A stretch of 61,911 bases of DNA, counting the filler, from Cladosporium halotolerans (Eukaryota): NCBI RefSeq assembly GCF_011745625.1. It is 6 parts of 6 records of this genome, joined end to end, with 100 filler letters (N's around TTAATTAATTAA, not from the genome) between each part and the next. Parts side by side here need not be neighbours in the genome. Positions count along the whole stretch, not along the records: positions 51,964 to 61,911 come from NW_027191599.1; 5 more parts are not named here. One strand, 5' to 3'. The notes below the pieces were generated by a model. It did no database searches, was not told the DNA's origin, and worked only from the letters and a program-made list of their open reading frames with translations. Within the stretch, counting starts at the first letter, position 1; every line of letters starts with the position of its first letter. Both the position numbers and the translations under genes were made by a program. Of the stretch, positions 59,763-61,911 are shown one piece after another.

Positions 59763-60001
59763 TAAATCGGTCGTCTCAGCAAAGTTTGCGGCACGCACAG
59801 GGCTTTGACTGACTTGCGGTGCTTCTGTGGCACGGACTAGCTCGCGGAAGGAGCAATGTTTTGGACATCTGTGACAGTAACTCTAAAATTGCCACATAGC
59901 ATTTTCACGACATACGGATCCATTCTACATGACGCGCCCAGTCTGTCAGAGATGACTGCTGCAAACGATTCCAAAAATCGACGAAAAGACTCGGCCACAC
60001 G

Positions 60002-60768
60002 CTACCGCTCCGGAACATGTAGCATAGCCATGATTTCGGCTCCCACCTGCGTCCGCGCGCGCTCTTCGGCGCGCTTAATGCATGCGGAATACGTTTCGAT
60101 CGCCTTTCGAAGCTCGCCTATGATCCTCTGACATGGCATCGTAACGAGGTCGGCCACCTCCTCCGCAGTCGGCGCATTGCCCCTTGAACGAAACACCGCT
60201 ACGTTCTCTTGCAGGCAAGTCACGGCCTCCCAGGCTTGGGACAGTTGGAACGGCGGCAGACTTTGGATGGAAGAGCAGTCCGAGTCCGACGCCGATGATA
60301 CACAGCTGCTTTGCACGCTTGCAGTTGTCGTCGTCGCCGTCGTCGTCGCCGTCGTCGTCGTCGACGACGTCGTTGTTGTCGCCATAGTCGCTGCCACCAG
60401 CGCTGCCGCTGCCGAAGCTGTGGCGTCGCACGCGCTGCTCGTGGCAGAAGGTGACATCTGGCATCTAGCTTCCCAAGGGAATGGCGTGGGCAGCCGGGGT
60501 AACGTTCGACTGTTGGCTCTAGGACGCTTGACGGCTCGTTCAGTGTCGATGTTTTGGAGCTGCCGATGTCCTTTCGTAAGGTCAACAAACGCAACTTCAG
60601 ATACCATATCGCGGGCGCTGTACACCTACTCTTCTGGAGAAGTCTGCTTTCCTCACGAGATCCCTCCGCAGCCCGAGGCTCAGGGCAAGCTTGTCCGGGG
60701 CACCCTTCTTCGCAGTCGGCCGATTGTAAGAGCGCAGGTTGTGTCAATCTTCTTGGTGGTGGTTCCAT
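60002..60768 (-). CDS. Hypothetical protein, 235 aa, two exons, Thr/Ser-rich middle and helical C-terminus
   Basis: Exon 60768-60630, intron 60629-60571 (GTAGGT..TTGAC..AAG), exon 60570-60002; frame-consistent. Contains a (GAC)n-type microsatellite at ~60327-60380. Confidence 0.5.
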
Positions 60769-61814
60769 GCTGGTATTGGACCAGTCCTAAAGAGATGCCT
60801 TTGAAGATCCTCCCGCTAATTCGATGGCTATCCCTTACCTTGGTTGAAGAGGAGGTAGCTTTCTTGAGGATGTGCAAATCTATTTATTCTGGCTGTTTCA
60901 GTGAAGGGTCGTGAAGACGACCTTCAGCAAGAGCATCGGCCCCCTCCCCCGTGAAAGCGTCAAACACGAAACGTGTGCAGCATTTCGCTGAGTTAACCCC
61001 CTGCTCTCACGGAAGGGGGCCAGGCACTTCTGTGACCAGCACAGTGGCCATCTTACTGTACGAACGCACGGTACTGTACAGTGCTACGGTATTTTGGTAC
61101 GAACGGTACCACCAAACAGCTTTGTCACCGGCACATGGTGCCCCGGCGGCCGGGGAAGGGGCCGCAAAACCCATGGCAGCAGGTTCAGAAGGCTGATGGG
61201 AAGTGAGCGAAGCCGGCCAGACGTCCTGCTGCGACATTGCTAAACGGTGGCCTCGGTTTGGATTGCTCATGCAACCTGGAAACCCTATATCTGCCCACCC
61301 CAAGAGCTGTGTCGCTTGCGCTCTCAACGTGCTTCATTTCTCTGCTCGCCCATGCCTTCTTTGATTGCTTGGTTGCTTGCTTGCTTGCTTCCATCACCGA
61401 TTTTCTTGTGGCACATTTTCTCCACAACCATTCTTCCGTGCCATAGGTGAGCCCTTTGACCACCCGCAACGCAATGAATGCGCCTTTTGCTCGAGCGCTC
61501 GATGCTCCCTCTGCAGACGAGATTTTTAGAACGAATTCCGGCACCGCCCTGCAGAGTGAGGGCCTTACCTGGAAAGCTTTGCTAGCCGGTGTGGTGTATG
61601 CATTGATCCTGCACCTTACGCAGACTCTAATCTTCCTCACCATCCGCCCGCGAATCGCTAGAATCTAGTAGGTCAGTGTAAATTGGTTTTGAATATTATT
61701 CATCGCTGAGCTTCTCTCGGCACGATAGTCAACCGCGAACGTATTTGTTGCCGGAAGAGCAGTGCACTTCCAGGTCACCGGAAGGGGTGATTGCTTGGGT
61801 CTTGCCTGTGTGGT

Positions 61815-61911
61815 CAGTGATGTTGTTGGGTCGGTTCTTATTGGTGCGGTGCTGGTTTGGTTGGTGCTGGCTGGTGCTGGTTCGACTTGATCTGTAAGTG
61901 GTTGGTAGTGG
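61815..61911 (+). mobile_element. hAT-like transposon terminus, copy 2
   Basis: Identical to 51766-51862. Confidence 0.75.

Noticed and set aside
60220..60570. Poly-Arg and poly-Val ORFs
   Set aside because: Alternative frames of a GAC/GTC microsatellite; the spliced Thr-rich frame is more plausible.
10688..61911. One contiguous Starship spanning the window
   Set aside because: Contig order is artificial, and no DUF3435 captain or element boundaries are visible.
61815..61911. GT-rich end as a telomere
   Set aside because: No TTAGGG array; identical to a TE-like terminus at 51766.

Overview
Eukaryotic (filamentous ascomycete) DNA with short GT-AG introns, RIP-like AT-rich relics and very high transposon content. 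It is not one locus: six contigs (10587, 10483, 10184, 10186, 10023, 9948 bp, almost perfectly size-sorted) are joined by artificial 100-bp N-TTAATTAATTAA-N spacers, so adjacency across gaps carries no information. Mobile elements: three large Tad1-type LINEs plus fragments, an intact Fot1/pogo element, a three-level pogo nest, other pogo and Tc1 relics, and several hAT-like termini at contig ends. Genes: a four-exon ferric-reductase-like gene, a DUF3723-like fragment and a Myb/SANT-like gene (all families typical of Starship giant transposons, but no DUF3435 captain is visible), an RRM+YTH m6A-reader gene, an SRPK-like kinase head-to-head with a small His-motif protein, an Mpv17/PMP22 pseudogene and a divergent serine-racemase-like fragment. 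Most interesting: two DUF3505/OrsD-like genes, one with a complete tyrosine-recombinase catalytic motif set (candidate YR mobile-element family distinct from Starship captains), and a ~1-kb degenerate non-coding palindrome. All family calls come from motif recognition by eye; no searches were run.
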